64,000 nucleotides of DNA. It comes from Mytilus trossulus. Its lineage: Eukaryota. The translations under genes and the position numbers were made by a program. The notes beneath the pieces were generated by a model, which ran no database searches, was not told the DNA's origin, and worked only from the letters and a program-made list of their open reading frames with translations. How positions within the stretch are numbered: the stretch's first letter is position 1; each line of letters begins with the position of its first letter. This document shows positions 63,893 through 64,000 of the stretch, piece after piece. Location of the stretch: positions 37,324,001-37,388,000 of the forward strand of contig NC_086376.1 in NCBI RefSeq assembly GCF_036588685.1. Reading direction: 5' to 3'.

Positions 63893-64000
63893 AACTCTTT
63901 TACTTGAAAAAAATAGAAGCTCCTTAACGTTTCTTTGTATTTCAATAATATGAACAATGATATCGTATACCAAAGTATTCAATCTGCCGACATGAAAACT

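Overview
AT-rich eukaryotic (animal) genomic DNA. The repeat content resembles a bivalve mollusc such as Mytilus (inference). The main locus is an 11-coding-exon holocarboxylase synthetase (HLCS, biotin-protein ligase) gene on the minus strand, 58616 to 17487. I reconstructed it by hand with GT-AG junctions and consistent phases (2517 nt, 838 aa). Its 20.5-kb intron 8 holds an intact, intronless, antisense syntaxin-1-type Qa-SNARE gene (29237-30103). The rest is transposon-derived: a CR1-type LINE, an RTE-X-like LINE, Penelope-like RT 3' fragments, a V-domain tRNA-SINE, Helentron-type elements with tandem arrays, and several MITEs. The most notable hidden signal is a set of structured RNAs in the retroelement 3' regions. 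(1) P5-type twister ribozymes whose P1 stem is replaced by two covarying 8-nt palindromes; one motif-intact copy lies sense in HLCS intron 1. (2) A second, unrecognised covarying RNA fold just downstream, shared by three diverged repeat subfamilies. (3) A minimal type I hammerhead in a different repeat. All structures were read by eye and none has been tested.
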